In this document: positions 12,000 to 25,374 of the stretch, piece by piece | Numbering within the stretch: position 1 is the stretch's first letter | How the letters are laid out: each line of letters opens with the position of its first letter | Assembly (NCBI GenBank): GCA_030265395.1 | Contig: JARFYF010000017.1 | Span: 19,758,970-19,822,969 of the forward strand | Source of the DNA: Rhina ancylostomus | Taxonomy: Eukaryota | DNA length: 64,000 bases | Direction of reading: 5' to 3' | The notes under the pieces: model-generated | Seen by the model: the letters and a program-made list of their open reading frames with translations, nothing else | Databases searched by the model: none | What the model was told of the DNA's origin: nothing | Translations under genes and position numbers: made by a program

Positions 12000-13700
12000 T
12001 CCTGCCTGTGTATTACCACCTCTCATTTTATCTGACGACCTCATAAAAAACTGTCTGAAGGTTGAAAAGTACCACATCGAATGGTTTCTTCCTCCCCTCC
12101 CTCCACTTATCTGTCCTGCTCATTATCTCAAAAATCTCCAACAGATTTGTCAAACATGATTTCCTTGACTCTACCCAATCTTTTTTCTAAGCACTCTGAC
12201 AGATGCAAAGTTTTTGCTTAATTTATCTGCATTTTCCTTATTTCCCAACCTCATGTCTCTCTGTAAGGAATCCACATTGAATTCTGCTAATACTTTTCCT
12301 TTTACATTAATAGTGTGTTTTAAATGTTTTTGTTGGATTACTTACGTATTCTTTCTTTTTCCTTGTCAAATCCAAAAATTTTCCCAATTCTCAGGCTTCC
12401 TGCTCTTTTTGGAAATATTGCAAACATTTTTCTTTTGTATTTGTTGTAAACTATGCAGTAATTCTTCAAATTTTAGCCATTGCTTGTTTTCTGCAATGTG
12501 CCTCATGTATTCATAATATGCTTTGTGTAGAATGAAGACCATTATTTCAGATTGAATTAAATAATTTTTAACGTGCCTTCAATTTCCTTATTTATACTAT
12601 GGTACCACTACTCTTTGCATGTCTTAGATGACAACTGTCAATGTCTTTTTCTTAGCTGCACCCAAACTGATACAACTTCCTGATTTCCCAAGCTAACATC
12701 CTTTTTCTCTCCTGTCTTTATCCCATCCTCCTTTTGCCTTCCTTTTCTAAAAGTTGTGTATTCTAGAATATTTAATTCCCAACTTTGGTTACATTGGACC
12801 CATGTCTGTGTAAATGGCCATTAGGTTTTATTCATTGTTTTCTGTTTATTGCTATTAATTCATCTAACTTGTTATGGATTGGCATGCATTTGGTAATGAA
12901 GCTTCAATTTTGTTTCCTTACCATTTTTTCCTTCTCTGACACAAAGTGGATGTACCCTGGTCGATTTGTATGCTCTGTTTTTTCCTGGTGCATTCTGGTT
13001 ATCATTACCCATTTTGCTAAAAAGAACTATTGCTTTCTCCATTTCTTCAACTTTCTAAACTCCCCTTCACCAGAATCCTATCTCACCACTGGCTTTGCTC
13101 CTTATTCCACACTCCCACCCTCTCCACTATCTACAGAAGGGCCAGACTGGGAACAGTGACATAGCAAATTTCTCTACTACTAATGCTGGTCCCCCATTAA
13201 TTGAAACCCATTTCTCCTATACCAGTCTTTCAACCTTGTATTCAATCATCTGATTTTATTGATCCATGCTAATTTGCAAGTAACTCGTGCAGTAATCCAG
13301 AGATTATTGTTTTATGGTTTTGCTTTTTAAATTAGACCCTTAAGCAGAACCTCTTCCTTCATCCTAGCTTTGTCATTGGTTTCCATGTGGTCCTACATGG
13401 ACCATGATAGCTGGATCTTTCCTCTCCCAGTACAATTTCTCTCAGGCCCTGAGAAAATGAGCTTAATCCTGGGATCAGACAGAGAACAGTCTTTGAGACA
13501 AGACTCTCTCAAAGCCATTTCGTCTTGTCCTTTTTACATTTAATCTCAGGGCTGTGATTGTCTTTTGGAAGAAGGGGTCCAAGTAAATTTATCCCTTCCT
13601 GATGCAGCAGCATCCCAATCTCCATCTCCAGCTTTTCAACTCTGAACTGAAGTTGCTCGGGCTGCAAACCCTTGCTGCAGGTATGGTTGCCATTTGGGTC
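12000..13700 (-). mobile_element. Heavily internally deleted CR1 LINE retaining ORF1 and ORF2 pieces
   Basis: Minus strand about 13685-13575 gives CSKGLQPEQLQFRVEKLEMEI (CR1 ORF1 zinc finger/leucine zipper). About 13417-13383 gives DPAIMVHVG (SGNH esterase PxxVVHVGTND). Scattered ORF2-like patches lie towards 12000. Confidence 0.7.
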
Positions 13701-14214
13701 AGACTCCTTGAGGTTTGTTTTGCAGAATATTCTGCAGCACTCTGCCTATGACTGTGGAGATGAGCCCTTAACTAATGTTTGATTTGAGCCTCCAGCATCA
13801 TTAAAGCAACAGTCAAGTTTCAGACCAAAATGGCTGAAAACCTCACTGCTGATGATCTTTGGGTTTTGCTCAGCTGTTGACAACAATAAGGTGAGTTACA
13901 CACAAATAATGTTAGAATACACAAGAATCTCACGCAATGCAATGTTAACAACAGCTGTTATCTTTGCCAGAAACAGATGCAATATTGGTTAACTTTGCTT
14001 TAGCATAATTTTCAGCTGCACCAGTGCCAGATTTTCTTGTTTTATGCAGGCAGATTTCTTGGGCCTTGTCTGTTATTTGCATCAAGACTTCCCCATTTAT
14101 GAGAGGAGGGAGTCGCAGGTGAACCTCCGTAAGATTTGATTGCCAATAGCATGAGGCAGAAGGAGGGTGGAGAAATACCAATGGAGAGGAAGTACAGGAA
14201 GCTCAAATGTCTGG

Positions 14215-14648
14215 ATCAGAGATGAGAGGTTGGACAGACTTGGATTGTTTTCTCTGGAGCGTCAGAAGCTCAGGGATGACTGGATGGGAATATATAAAAT
14301 TATGAGAGGCATGGATAGGGTAGATTGGCAAAGTATTTTTCTCAGGGTGGAAATGTCAGATATTAAAGGGCGTGGGTTTAAGGTGAGATGGGGAATGTTT
14401 AAAGGAGATTAAGGCAAGATTTTTGTTTACACAGAGAGTGGTTGGTGCCTGGAACGTGCTGCCAGGGAGGCGGTAGAAGCAGATCCAATGACAATGTTTA
14501 AGAGGCATTTAGACAAGCGCATGGACAAGCAGGGAATAAAGGGATACAGATCATCTGCAGGCAGATGGGATTAGTTTAGATTAGAATCATGGTTGGCATA
14601 GACATGGTGAGCCGAAAGTCTGTTTCTGTGCTGCACTGTTCTATGTTA
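14215..14648 (+). mobile_element. CR1 LINE 3' end
   Basis: ERLDRLGLFSLERQKLRDD..IYKIMRGMDRVD..RGFKVR (ORF2 C-terminus), then the 3' UTR ending CTGTTTCTGTGCTGCACTGTTCTATGTT. Confidence 0.95.
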
Positions 14649-17600
14649 AGTAGGTTTCAGAACATTACATAGATTTACATATTCACTGTTGTACGAGTAC
14701 CTGCAATCTGGATCTTTGGGCTGTTCTCTTTTGCTATTTCATTTCTAAAGTCCTGACATGCTTCAATTATTTTTATTTCCTGGTTTTTCTTTTAATTTCC
14801 TGTCTGAATTTTTCATTGTGTTTTAACATAATCTTTTCACTCTTGTAGGTTTCATCTGTGTAGCCTTAATGAGCTTTTTTTCAGATTTTCTGTCCGAAGT
14901 CCTATTGCATTTTATTCCATTTATTTTGTTCATAACTCGTTATTCTTTGATACCTGCCTGATTTTAGCAATTTATAACAAAGAATTTTTAATTCTTAAAG
15001 CATATTTCTGACATTACCCCATCATCTCCAAAATACTAAACTGTTTACTAATCATAGTGGAGTTGAAAATGCATTATTAAATAGAAATAATAAATATATT
15101 AATGCATGTGATTAAAGTGTTTCCATCAGTTATTGTTTAAAAAGCAATATTCCCACTTTAATTTTGTTACTAATTTCATGCAGCATAATTTCAGTGGCAT
15201 CTTAGCCAAAGTACAGTGACTTGATGTTCCTATTCCCTTTCATCTGTTGGCTGTCTGCAGTACTAGGCCACTGGTTGTGTGGCCCTATGGCCAAGGTAAC
15301 CACTTGTAGCCATTTGGTTGGCAATGGTCTCAATTCCTTAGTTGTGCCACAATCATTGACCAGGAGGCTCCACTCCCAGCACCTTCCTGATGGTCATTGA
15401 CAATTCATGGTTCTCAAAAACTTGTTTCACTATCTCCAAACATCTACTCATCAATAACATGCAAATTTCAATAATGCCTGTAAATATAAAACATCTTTAA
15501 AAAGCATTTGAATTATTTAAAAAAATACAAAGAAATGAAAAAAAACACTTTGTTAAATGTTTTTAATTAACGCAAGAAATCCCATTCAAATGAAGGGGCC
15601 TGAGCTTGATGCACAACTGGCACAAAGTTCAGAGGCCAGATACAGAGAGCATCCAATGTCTGAGCTCTGTATGCTACAGAGTTGTCTCAGAGCAGATTCA
15701 AACGTCTGAAGTACTCTGACACATGCAACACAGCTAACTGATTAGTTTTCTATGGTTCTACCAGCAATACGATACAGATATATACGCTGTGGCATTTTAT
15801 TTACACCAAACTTTTGTGCCAGTTTTCCTGTTACCTCATTCCTCCTTTGTATTCAGTAACTGGAAAAACTGAAACCAGAATAATAGTCACATAAACAGTT
15901 TAATCTAGTGTAATTTGAGTTTGTGCAGAAGGCCACTGGTTCTCATCGATCTGATATGACTGGTATGGACCACTGAGTCGGCATTCCTGACATTAATAGT
16001 AGCATCAGTTCCAAAGTTCATGACTGTACTTCAGCATAAAGTTCTTCAGGTGAATGAGCTTGCTATAAAGATGCTTCATAAAGCAGGGATCAGCTGGCAG
16101 AAATATATTAGTGGAACAACATAGCTCCCAGATTAGTTTTGACTGCCTGAACAGGTTAGAAAGGAATTTTCCAGTATATGTTTTCCAACATTTTCCTATA
16201 ATTTTCCCTTTAGTAGGTTGGTGTTGCAGGAGTGGGTGGGTGGTTTAATCATTATGTTCCAGCCATTGTGAGGCATGGGACTAGCTTGCTGCTTTTTTGT
16301 GCCCTTTAGTTTTGTGAAAATACACATGTTTTCTATAAAGGACTTCTGACAGCGGTAACTGTTAATCAAATAGTGTTTATGTAAAGTTTGTTTTCTGTCT
16401 GTGTTGGATTTGATTCTTGAAGTCACCGCATCTCCACATTATCTTGCATTTTCTTACAACATAGGTGGTCATTCAGCCTGTTCTGAGCATTCCCATCATT
16501 TTCTAAATAAAAACTGTGTCCAAGCACCCATCCTGTTTTCCACATCCACTTGTTTTAATCCTTGCCCCTTTGATGTTATTTGCTGAATAACAAGCCAGAC
16601 TGCTGTTTTGCATTTTAGAAGAATGCTTAATAACATCGACCGTGTTATTAAAAATAGTACTCAAAATGCTTCTAATTTCTGCATTGCTGTACCTGAAAAT
16701 AAATTACAAATTTTCCCCCTACTTTAATTAAATGACTGTCAGTGTGTTGTTTTCTTCATCTCGCCCCCTGTACCTTCCCATTACCTCGCACAGATAAAGA
16801 ATTGCTATCTGTGGAATGTTAAGAAAGCTTCTGGGTAGCAAGGCTCATGAAATTTGTCACAAGATCTCATTTTCTTCATTGCTAGACGTGATGCTTATAA
16901 TTGATGTGGAGGCTGTTGTAATTTACTGGCCAGCCACAATTATCACTCACTCTCTGAGGTGATGTGACTGCAATGTAAATGCAGTGAAATAGAGGAGCTT
17001 TGCTGAAAATGTTGTTTTTGTGCGTGCATGTATAAGTGTTTGTTGATCAAAGGATAAATTCTGAATGAGCATAATGCTTAAAACCTTCAGTTCAATTTAT
17101 TCCTCAGTTGCCGTGAGAATGCCTCAACCTGCTGGTTAATACAGAGGAACCATTAGGTTTTCACCCAAAGCAGGCTATTTCATGAGATCTTTTTTTTTCC
17201 CTTTTTTAATTTACTGTATATGCAACAGCTCTAAAGATGGTGGCAGTGGAAATCACTGAGGCACGTTTGTGTTTGTTTGAGGTGACGGGAGACACTGCAG
17301 GAGCAGCAAATTTCATTATATGTTTAAAATTGAGTGTGACTTTAATAAAGCGCAAACAGGTTTTAGATATCCAGCACAGTACTAATATGAATGCAGGAAA
17401 AAAAGGGCTCAGTCGTCCATGCTATTATCTTTATAGCATAGGAAAACATGCTGCAGGCAATCAGCATGAAATTCTTAATTGCTTAGCCTACTTATGCTGT
17501 GCTCCAGGGACAAATCCAGCAAATAAAATTGCCAGTAGGACCCTTATGTTAGTGCTAGGTCCCTGCCGTATACAAATGATTATTTTTAACTACTGCTTTG

Positions 17601-18379
17601 TTTTATAAGAATGCCCGAATGCTTTTCACCAATGCTAATAAACCATGATAATGTTAAATAGTCAAATACATCAATGCAGAGAGTGTTTAGATGATAAGAT
17701 TTTGCATCAAGTTAATAATAAAATAAAGTAAATAATGTATGCTAGTGGAAAGTATTGAAAGCAGAATTGGTTTGCTATTTTTAAAAAATGTTGCTTGTGA
17801 TGTAAGCACAAATCAATGAGTCTTAAAATGCAACATAGATCTATAATAAAAGTTTAAGGAGGTGGAAGGCAATTTGTGCACAGTGGTGGAATTCACTGAA
17901 ATAACAGGTTTCCCCTTTGCTAATACAGCACTGAGTACTCCTTCCCCACTAAATGTCCATGACAAAGGATTTTTGGCCCCTTCAATTATTTGGACAATCA
18001 TCTGCTACACATTGAATGGACAATTTAGAATTAAAGTAAACAAAATATAGTAATCCAGTACAATTATTGAATTCCTACAAATGTTTTCTGCACTTCCATT
18101 TGTTTGGGCCACTTTATCCAGTGTGCATGTTAATTTACAATATATATTTTAAGGTGTGAGGGGTTGCATGGTAGACTTTACGTAGGCTAGCAATTTGATC
18201 AACAGCATTCAATTGTGGACATGTAGAAGACTCAAAGTTCCAATACCATTGTTTTGTTCTTGTACAAAAAAATCATCATAGTAGCAGTATAAATTAAAAA
18301 ATAACATTTATCCTCCCCTCTCTTCACTTGATCCTATATTTACTCATTTGATATTGGGCCTCCTAACTGTAGTCATTGC

Positions 18380-19012
18380 TAAAACTATTGATTTCCACCT
18401 CTGCAACATCCTTTTCTCTGCTCATACCTCAGCTTATTTGTTGGTGAAACTCTCATCTTTGTCTTGTCACCTCAGGATCTGAGTGTTCTAGTTCTCTCCA
18501 GGCTGGTCTTTTTTGTTGTACCCTTGAGTTCATCAAAAACTCAGCAGCCCTTGTTCTTACCTACAGCAAGTCATGTCAGCTCATCATCCCTGTGCCACTT
18601 GACCTATGCTTATTCCCGTTTAAGTAATTAAAATTCTCATCTTTATCTTCAAATTTCTTCATGATTCTTTATGTCTCTATGATCTCCTCCAGCCTGACAA
18701 ACATCCAAGATAGCTGCACCCCGCAATCCTGGGCTTTTACTTATCCCCAGATTTCAATGCACAGTCGGTGGCCTTGCCTTCAGCAGCCTTGGACCTAAGC
18801 TCTATTATTGCTCTTCAAACTCACCATTTCCAATTTACTTTCCTCCTCCTAAACACTCCTTTAAAGTAATACTTTGAGTAAGCTTTGGTCTTATGTCCTA
18901 ATATCTCTTTATGTTGCTTGGCTTCAATCTTTTCTTTGATTACACTTCTGTGCAGCACCTTGGGACATTTTATGCTGTGTTAAAATTGCTAAATAAATGG
19001 AACTCCTTGTTG
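18380..19012 (+). mobile_element. L2 LINE 3' portion
   Basis: ETLI..VTS, LEFIKNSAA.VL, HIxPxL-like and KILIFIFK patches, followed by the L2 tail GCACCTTGGGACATTTT..GTTAAA..GCTAAATAAATG. Confidence 0.85.
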
Positions 19013-19544
19013 CTAATGACTCATCTCAGTCAATCATGTTCTCCCCAGAAGAAAATTCAAAACAAATTTGAAATTGTAGCATATTATTTGTTGCTGTTTC
19101 TAATGAGTCCCCTGTAAGAGTCTTGTAAGCGTCAATATTGGTTTCAACGAGAGCTCACTGTTTTTTACTGTGTGAAGATTTGTTTTTGACTCAAGCTGAT
19201 AGCTTTCATTTTCAAGCAAAAGGAGTAGAAATTCCTCCTGGCAAAAATGTTATCATTAGGCAAAAAGGAAATTGGATATTACAAATAATAGACCCGCTTG
19301 TCTCCTGCTGACTTGGACAGTGTTCTGAACCTAATTGTGATGCTCCCTTTCTGCAATATGGGTGGGAACTACTTTGAGCTCCTGCTTGTCATTCACGTAT
19401 TTGGGGAAGGTTTTTGTGACTGGAATCTGGTAGGTACTTTGTCACTTCTATCAGGTATGCTAACTTCCTCTAGGTCCAGAGTGTGTTTCAGAGAGCAGGC
19501 AGCTGCTACCTGCTACATGTTGTATCACCTGTCGCCCTCCATCG

Positions 19545-20140
19545 ACTTACCATGACTGACTGCACCCCTGCCTCAGCTTACATGCCACTGAAGGCTTTGT
19601 CTGTGCCTTTGATGATTTTAGTTTCTAGTTTCAGAGACCAACTAAGGTAGGAGTGCAATATTAAACTCTAGATATAGCAAAGTTCTTCTGCTACATCCTA
19701 TCGTCCACCAAGTCCAATTCACTGATGTCTCTGTGTTTGCCCATTTACAAATGCACAAGGTCCACTTCAACTTTAAACCAATTAATCTTATTTTCAGATC
19801 TCTCCTTGGTTTTTCCCACTACCTCTCCCTCCCCCTTTTATTTCTAACCTCCATCATCCCTCAGATCGCTGTGGTCTTGCCTCTGGCATACTCTAGGTTG
19901 TTCTGCCATTGGTCACTGTGTCTTCAGCTGTCTGGGGCTAAGGGTCTAGAACTTCTGCCTTGGGCCCCTATGGATCTAACCCTCCACGAGTCTCTCCTCT
20001 TTTAAATTCCTTCTTGCAGCCTGCTTCATTGATGACCTTTTATCTCCTCCTGCGGCTTGTTCACCTTCATTGTTTGATATCACTCCTGTCAAGGGCCTTA
20101 GAGTGCTTTACTGCACGGAAAGTGTGTTAAAATAATACAA
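19545..20140 (+). mobile_element. L2 LINE 3' portion (degraded)
   Basis: Same order of motifs as the 18380 copy, ending CTCCTGTCAAGGGCCTTAGAGTGCTTTACT. Confidence 0.7.
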
Positions 20141-21294
20141 AATTTTGATTCTGTTAACTTACCCGGCAAGTCTGTTTCTATGTACCAACTAAGACACTGT
20201 CCATTGGCTCAGTGCTAGAAGTATTACTTAAATAGCAGCATCCACAAAGTTTAGTTAGAACAGTTACAATATACTGCTTCAATCCTTTTAATTTCACACA
20301 GAAACTCTTTCGGTGCAGCCCTTCAAGTGGCTGATTTGACATCCATATGTGGGTATAAATAATACTTATTTCAACTTAAAGGGAGCGATCACCAGAGTTA
20401 GAAAGTAGCTAGAAATCATGGGCATGACTGAAGTAGCCATTCACTAAAAATTACCAAGAGCACTGCAGCTGAGTTGGTACTTTAAGTTGTTTATTAATAA
20501 AAGTTTTATTCCTGCACAAGTGAACACACATACACACATATACTCATGTGGAAAGATATATCTATCATGGAAAGAATATTTGCTAACTTGGCCTTATCAA
20601 TTGAGCTCCACTTCTGCATATTTTTTGATAGACTATCAAATCTGATGAGTGGATCTTCTGGTTAAGCTATCCAGTTGTTAATGCACTGATCAGGTAAAAC
20701 CAAAAATGAGGTGGGTACATAAAGTTTATTTGTACCCAGTGACAACTTCTCGACAAAGTACAATTGGTTGTGAAAACCATCACTGGAGTAGTGATATTTG
20801 AGGCTGCCTGATATATTCTTGCTGTTTGTTCCCATTAAATCTGGTTTGTCTCTTTTGATTCAGATGTAATAATGGTTAAATAAGCTTTCTTTTAATCCCA
20901 TTTGTAAGGATACTTTATCCTCTAATGCCTGTTAGCTGTACCAACATCTGGGCAGCATGTCAACATAGAGACTACAGAGGACCTAATCTGAGTTGTACAC
21001 TGCCACTAAGTATCACAGGGATTTTGAAGCATTATGAATGTTAGTCTCCGTATCAGGATAGATTTTACTGTGATCCATTTAAAGACATGGTTCCTGCACC
21101 TACAACACTCTTGTTCGCTCTACCTGTCCATTATGGCCTACAGAAGTCAACAATGTTACACTTGTGGCTAGTTTATTTTGGAAATGCCACTGATGCAGCA
21201 ATTTGGTTACTTTGTCCATTATAATAGTTAACTAATTACTTTCTTTGGCCTAGTATTCAGTAAAGCGATGTATCCCATTTGCAAAGACAAGCAA

Positions 21295-21600
21295 AAATAA
21301 CAATTTGCATATCAACTTTCATGATCTTAGGTTGGGCCAAAATGTTTTGCAGCCAATTTGCAGCAAGGTCTCTCAAATAGGAATGAAATAATTTATGTAT
21401 TAGTTGAGTGATAAAGATTAAATATGATATTGGGAGAATCTAACTGTTGAGGATGTTTAATTTTCATCACAGGGAGACTTGATTTAATACTTCATCTGAA
21501 AGATGGTACCTGCAACAGTCAGCATTCGCTCAGTGCTGCACTGAAGCGATAGCTTTGAATGGTGCTCAAGTCTCCGAAATATGACATGGACTGCCAGCTG
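21295..21600 (-). mobile_element. Deu-domain SINE (SacSINE1/AmnSINE1-like)
   Basis: Minus strand CAGTGCAGCACTGAGCGAATGCTGACTGTTGCAGGTACCATCTTTCAGATGAAGTATTAAATC matches the Deu core; an L2-like tail lies at about 21300. Confidence 0.8.
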
Positions 21601-21689
21601 CTACCTCCTGTTTAAAAGTAGTACTGTTGACTCATGATTGACCTATTGCTTGATTTTGTTCAAGTTCTCCATAAACATTTCATTTGCAA

Positions 21690-21945
21690 AAGCTGAGCAA
21701 TTGCATTGGATTTTGTCAAGTTCAGTTCCTGGTTTGTGGCTGGGTTCATCATAAATAGATGGTGATAAGAAAATAAAATTGGCCTCGATATCTCTGGGTT
21801 AAAGAGAAGAAACTGAGCCAGGGTTTCTATTCCTGATGACTGGCTGCCAGGAGGATGTCAGTCATCATTTGTGATGCACAGTCTGTTAACCATCACTGTG
21901 GACTTTAACATGAAGGATGGTTACTTGGGTGAGATATTGTATCCC
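21690..21945 (+). repeat. Unclassified old SINE-like repeat
   Basis: Box B-like AGTTCAGTTCC, then GAGCCAGGGTTTCTATTCCTGAT and CATGAAGGATGGTTACTTGGGTGAG. Weakly similar patches occur at about 2000-2045, 51860-51925 and (minus) 61950-62090. Confidence 0.4.
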
Positions 21946-24900
21946 TGCAAGGAATTTCCAAATTTGGAAAGGATAACATAGCAAGCAGGTACGCCCAATG
22001 CTTTCTTGAGTTTGCACAGTCCAGTATGTGTTTTATAAATCTCAAGATAGCTGCATGATCAGTCTGCTTTTCTCTCTCAATTCATTCCAAAAGCTGGTCG
22101 CTGCTTTAACAAATGTCTCATGTTTGGAAATAAAAGCATTAGTTTGCTTTAATATGGTAAATCCAGTGAGATAATTCTAAAACTATTGACGAAGCAAAAA
22201 CCCTACAAGCCCAGTCTCCCAACTGAGAAACAGGAACATTTAGAGATTGGTGTAATTAGTTTATCAATTTTGTATGACTTCTACGTTGTAAAGCAATCTG
22301 CAGTAAACCAGGTGATCTGTTCTGTATAATATTGATGATCAGACAAATGCACATAAGACTATCTGTGCAAATACTGGCAACTAATGGAACAATATTTGTC
22401 CAATTGCAGATGGTGATATTAGTGATGTTTTTGTTTTTATTTTCACAGTATTTGAAAGAATAGACATATTCAGGAAGGGTGTGGTGTTCCATTGCATGCT
22501 CCAGAACAAAGTAATGGTGACTGGAACCGAGTCACCACTCTAATTGGACAAAGGTATAAATTAAAGGTGAGGCCCACCCCCCGCCCCCACACAGAACTTT
22601 AAGTAGAAGTCTTTCCCTGCAGCCAGTGTCACAAGGCATGTGGAAGGACTTGTACTTAAACGTAACATTGGAAAATGTGATGCGTTGGGTGCTGCATCTT
22701 TGTTGAAGAAAGGCCCGCCCAAGTGCCTCCTAACTCATCTTGAGCCTCCATTGACTGCTGTTATACCTACTCATCTGGTACTTATCCTGACAGAGGGAAA
22801 TATCTCTGGAATGTGGCAGTAATACAAGGATTTGACAAACAAAACAAAAATAGTTGCAGTTATTAAAGTGAAAAAAAATGTACTTGCATATATTTGTGTA
22901 TGGAAATCACTCCCAATCTGAGAAGGATAGAATACTCAGTGGTTCGCAAGTGACTGTAATTTGCAATGAATAAGTTATAGATAATACAGTGATAAGTAAT
23001 AGATATGGATTAAGTAGTTATAAAATCAGGAAGTGGATCAAAAAATCCAAGATGCTGTTCCTTAGAAATAAAAATGCTCAACACTTTAGCAATGTAGTCC
23101 AGGTAACTGAACATTTTGATGGTCTATTGACCTAAAGGAAGATACTTGTCACTGGCATTGAAATATAAAAATGAGTTCACACAGTTCATTCTACTCAATG
23201 TGTAATATCTCTGGCTCTTTTAAATTCATTAACCTCACATCCATTTTGGTATTGACGGGCGAAGTGGTGTGGATTAATGTTTCAGGAGACTGGTCCTCTG
23301 TGTTCAGCCCCTTTCACTAGACTAGTAAATCCATGATAAACTGTACTTGGAGCATGAAGGTCAACACTTCTGGTTTGGTAGTCCCCGGCTGATGATTTGA
23401 TCTGACTTGAATCAAGCTAACAGCTAGTTCATAAAACAGAGTTAAATTGCAACCCATGCCGATAACAGGGCCTCAGTGGAGACTGCATTACTTAGTCATA
23501 TTTAAAGGGCCACTTTCTGTTCAATCCACATAGGTGTCTGTGGGCTACTTAATAAAAATACACTTTTAAAGAACCAACTCTCATTGTGATACCCATTTCT
23601 ATTTCATCCTTCAAAATCATTTCTTATGTTGACTTGATAGTGATCCTTATCAAAATGCAAATCTGACTCATTCAATTGAATTAAATTGGAAAATATCAGA
23701 AAATATGGGATTGTATATATGCATGATGTGGCTGGCAGCTGTTTGAACTTGTGGTGGCCTGTGTTGTTAGCATGTGATCATATGATGACATGGCATAACA
23801 CAAAGCAACATCTCAGTATCTAAGTTTCGGTTCAATTGAACTTCTTTCTGGTTTATGCCTGTGCCAGCAGATGATCAGACATTTCTCACTCTTTGCAGCT
23901 GTTGAAGTCAAATATTTAGTACATTAAAGGCTGTGTGGTACCCTAAGAAAAGCACCTGCTTTTCATTACAGATCAGCCAACTCGCTTGTCTTTCCCAGCA
24001 AGATTACTTCATAACTTGCCCAAAGACTCCACTTTCCTGTTTATTTCCCCTTGATTCTTATGAACTGTGGAGAAGAAACAGGCTGGTTTAACGACGTGTC
24101 CCAACTTTATAAACAAAAATCTGTTGTGACATAACTGGTGGCATCAAACCCTGTGACATGTGATGGAGATAAAAAGTTATGTTTCTTATCACTCAGGATA
24201 GAATTAAAAGATTTTATAGGCAGTAAATTTTTTGCCAGTGGCCATAACTGTCAATGGAAACAATTCTTTATTGCTGGTAAAGAAATGTTCAAGAAGTAAA
24301 CTGGGTGACAAATTGGAGAATAAACTCTGGAATTCTGACGTTAGCCACTGCAGCAAATGGTAAATTCCCTTTTAACTTCAAAATTGGAATCCGTTTTATG
24401 TTTTGGGTGAAAATAAAACCAAAGATCAAAAGAAAGAATGAGAAATGGTGACTAAAAGAGGAAACAAGAAATATATGCATGCGCAGAAGCATGTGCAGAA
24501 ATTGGATTGGACCCATTCTTGTGTGCAAGAATGTGGCATGCAGTAGTAGAGTCAGTTTAGCTATCTGCATTAAACAAAAATCACCAAATCGGGTGTCAAA
24601 TTATTTGAAGGGACACTTTTACATTTGCTACCTTGAATGTAAGCCTCAAGCTGCACATTTCTCAATGGGACCTGCTTGAGAATCTCACAATTGCATTGAT
24701 CACAGAGAAGGCTTGTCGGATCTTAAAGGACCTCTCTCCACCGCAGCTGCATAAAGGCTGCTTTGGAGGTGATGAAGGATGCAAGGGAGACATGGCAGTC
24801 TTCTATTTGTGTGGTCAGCCATCCCACACACATGACTATGTGCTGTGGCACAGTCCAATTCTGTGATTGGTCCCATGCCACTGCAAGGTGTGGGGCAATC

Positions 24901-25374
24901 AGTGTGGCAGAGATCATGGTATGTTGTGAGGAGGTGCATTAAAACAAAAAGGCTCTAATCATTGATGAATATGCAATGTATGTTTTGAGCATTACTAACT
25001 GAAGCTGGAGAATATGTGCGCAAAAGATCAATGACCAAATGGAGCTCCTTTAATTCATGATTTAATTCACCCTTTAATTGATCATCTTCAGTGGGTTTTA
25101 CTCTTTGTGTGACCATCATGTGACAGTTATTGTACTCAATGTGGGAAGTCCAATATCAGTGAGTAAGGGCCGAAAGGTGCAGTGCTGAATTATTGATACC
25201 ATTGTACATGCATCTGAAGCCATGTTAGATCAAATGCTGTAGCTTGGATCCCAATCAGCTGTTCCCGATCCAATATTGCAGTGGTTGTAATTTCATCCAG
25301 ACGTGTCAGCAAGCAAGATCGAGCTCTGGATAAATTTTGTATGCTTAGCACCAAGGAAAGGCATTAACAAATTT

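Noticed and set aside
16185-16222. TAG|GTTGGT possible recursive site
   Set aside because: Weak regenerated donor, a competing AG 3 nt upstream, and part of the tract derives from a repeat.
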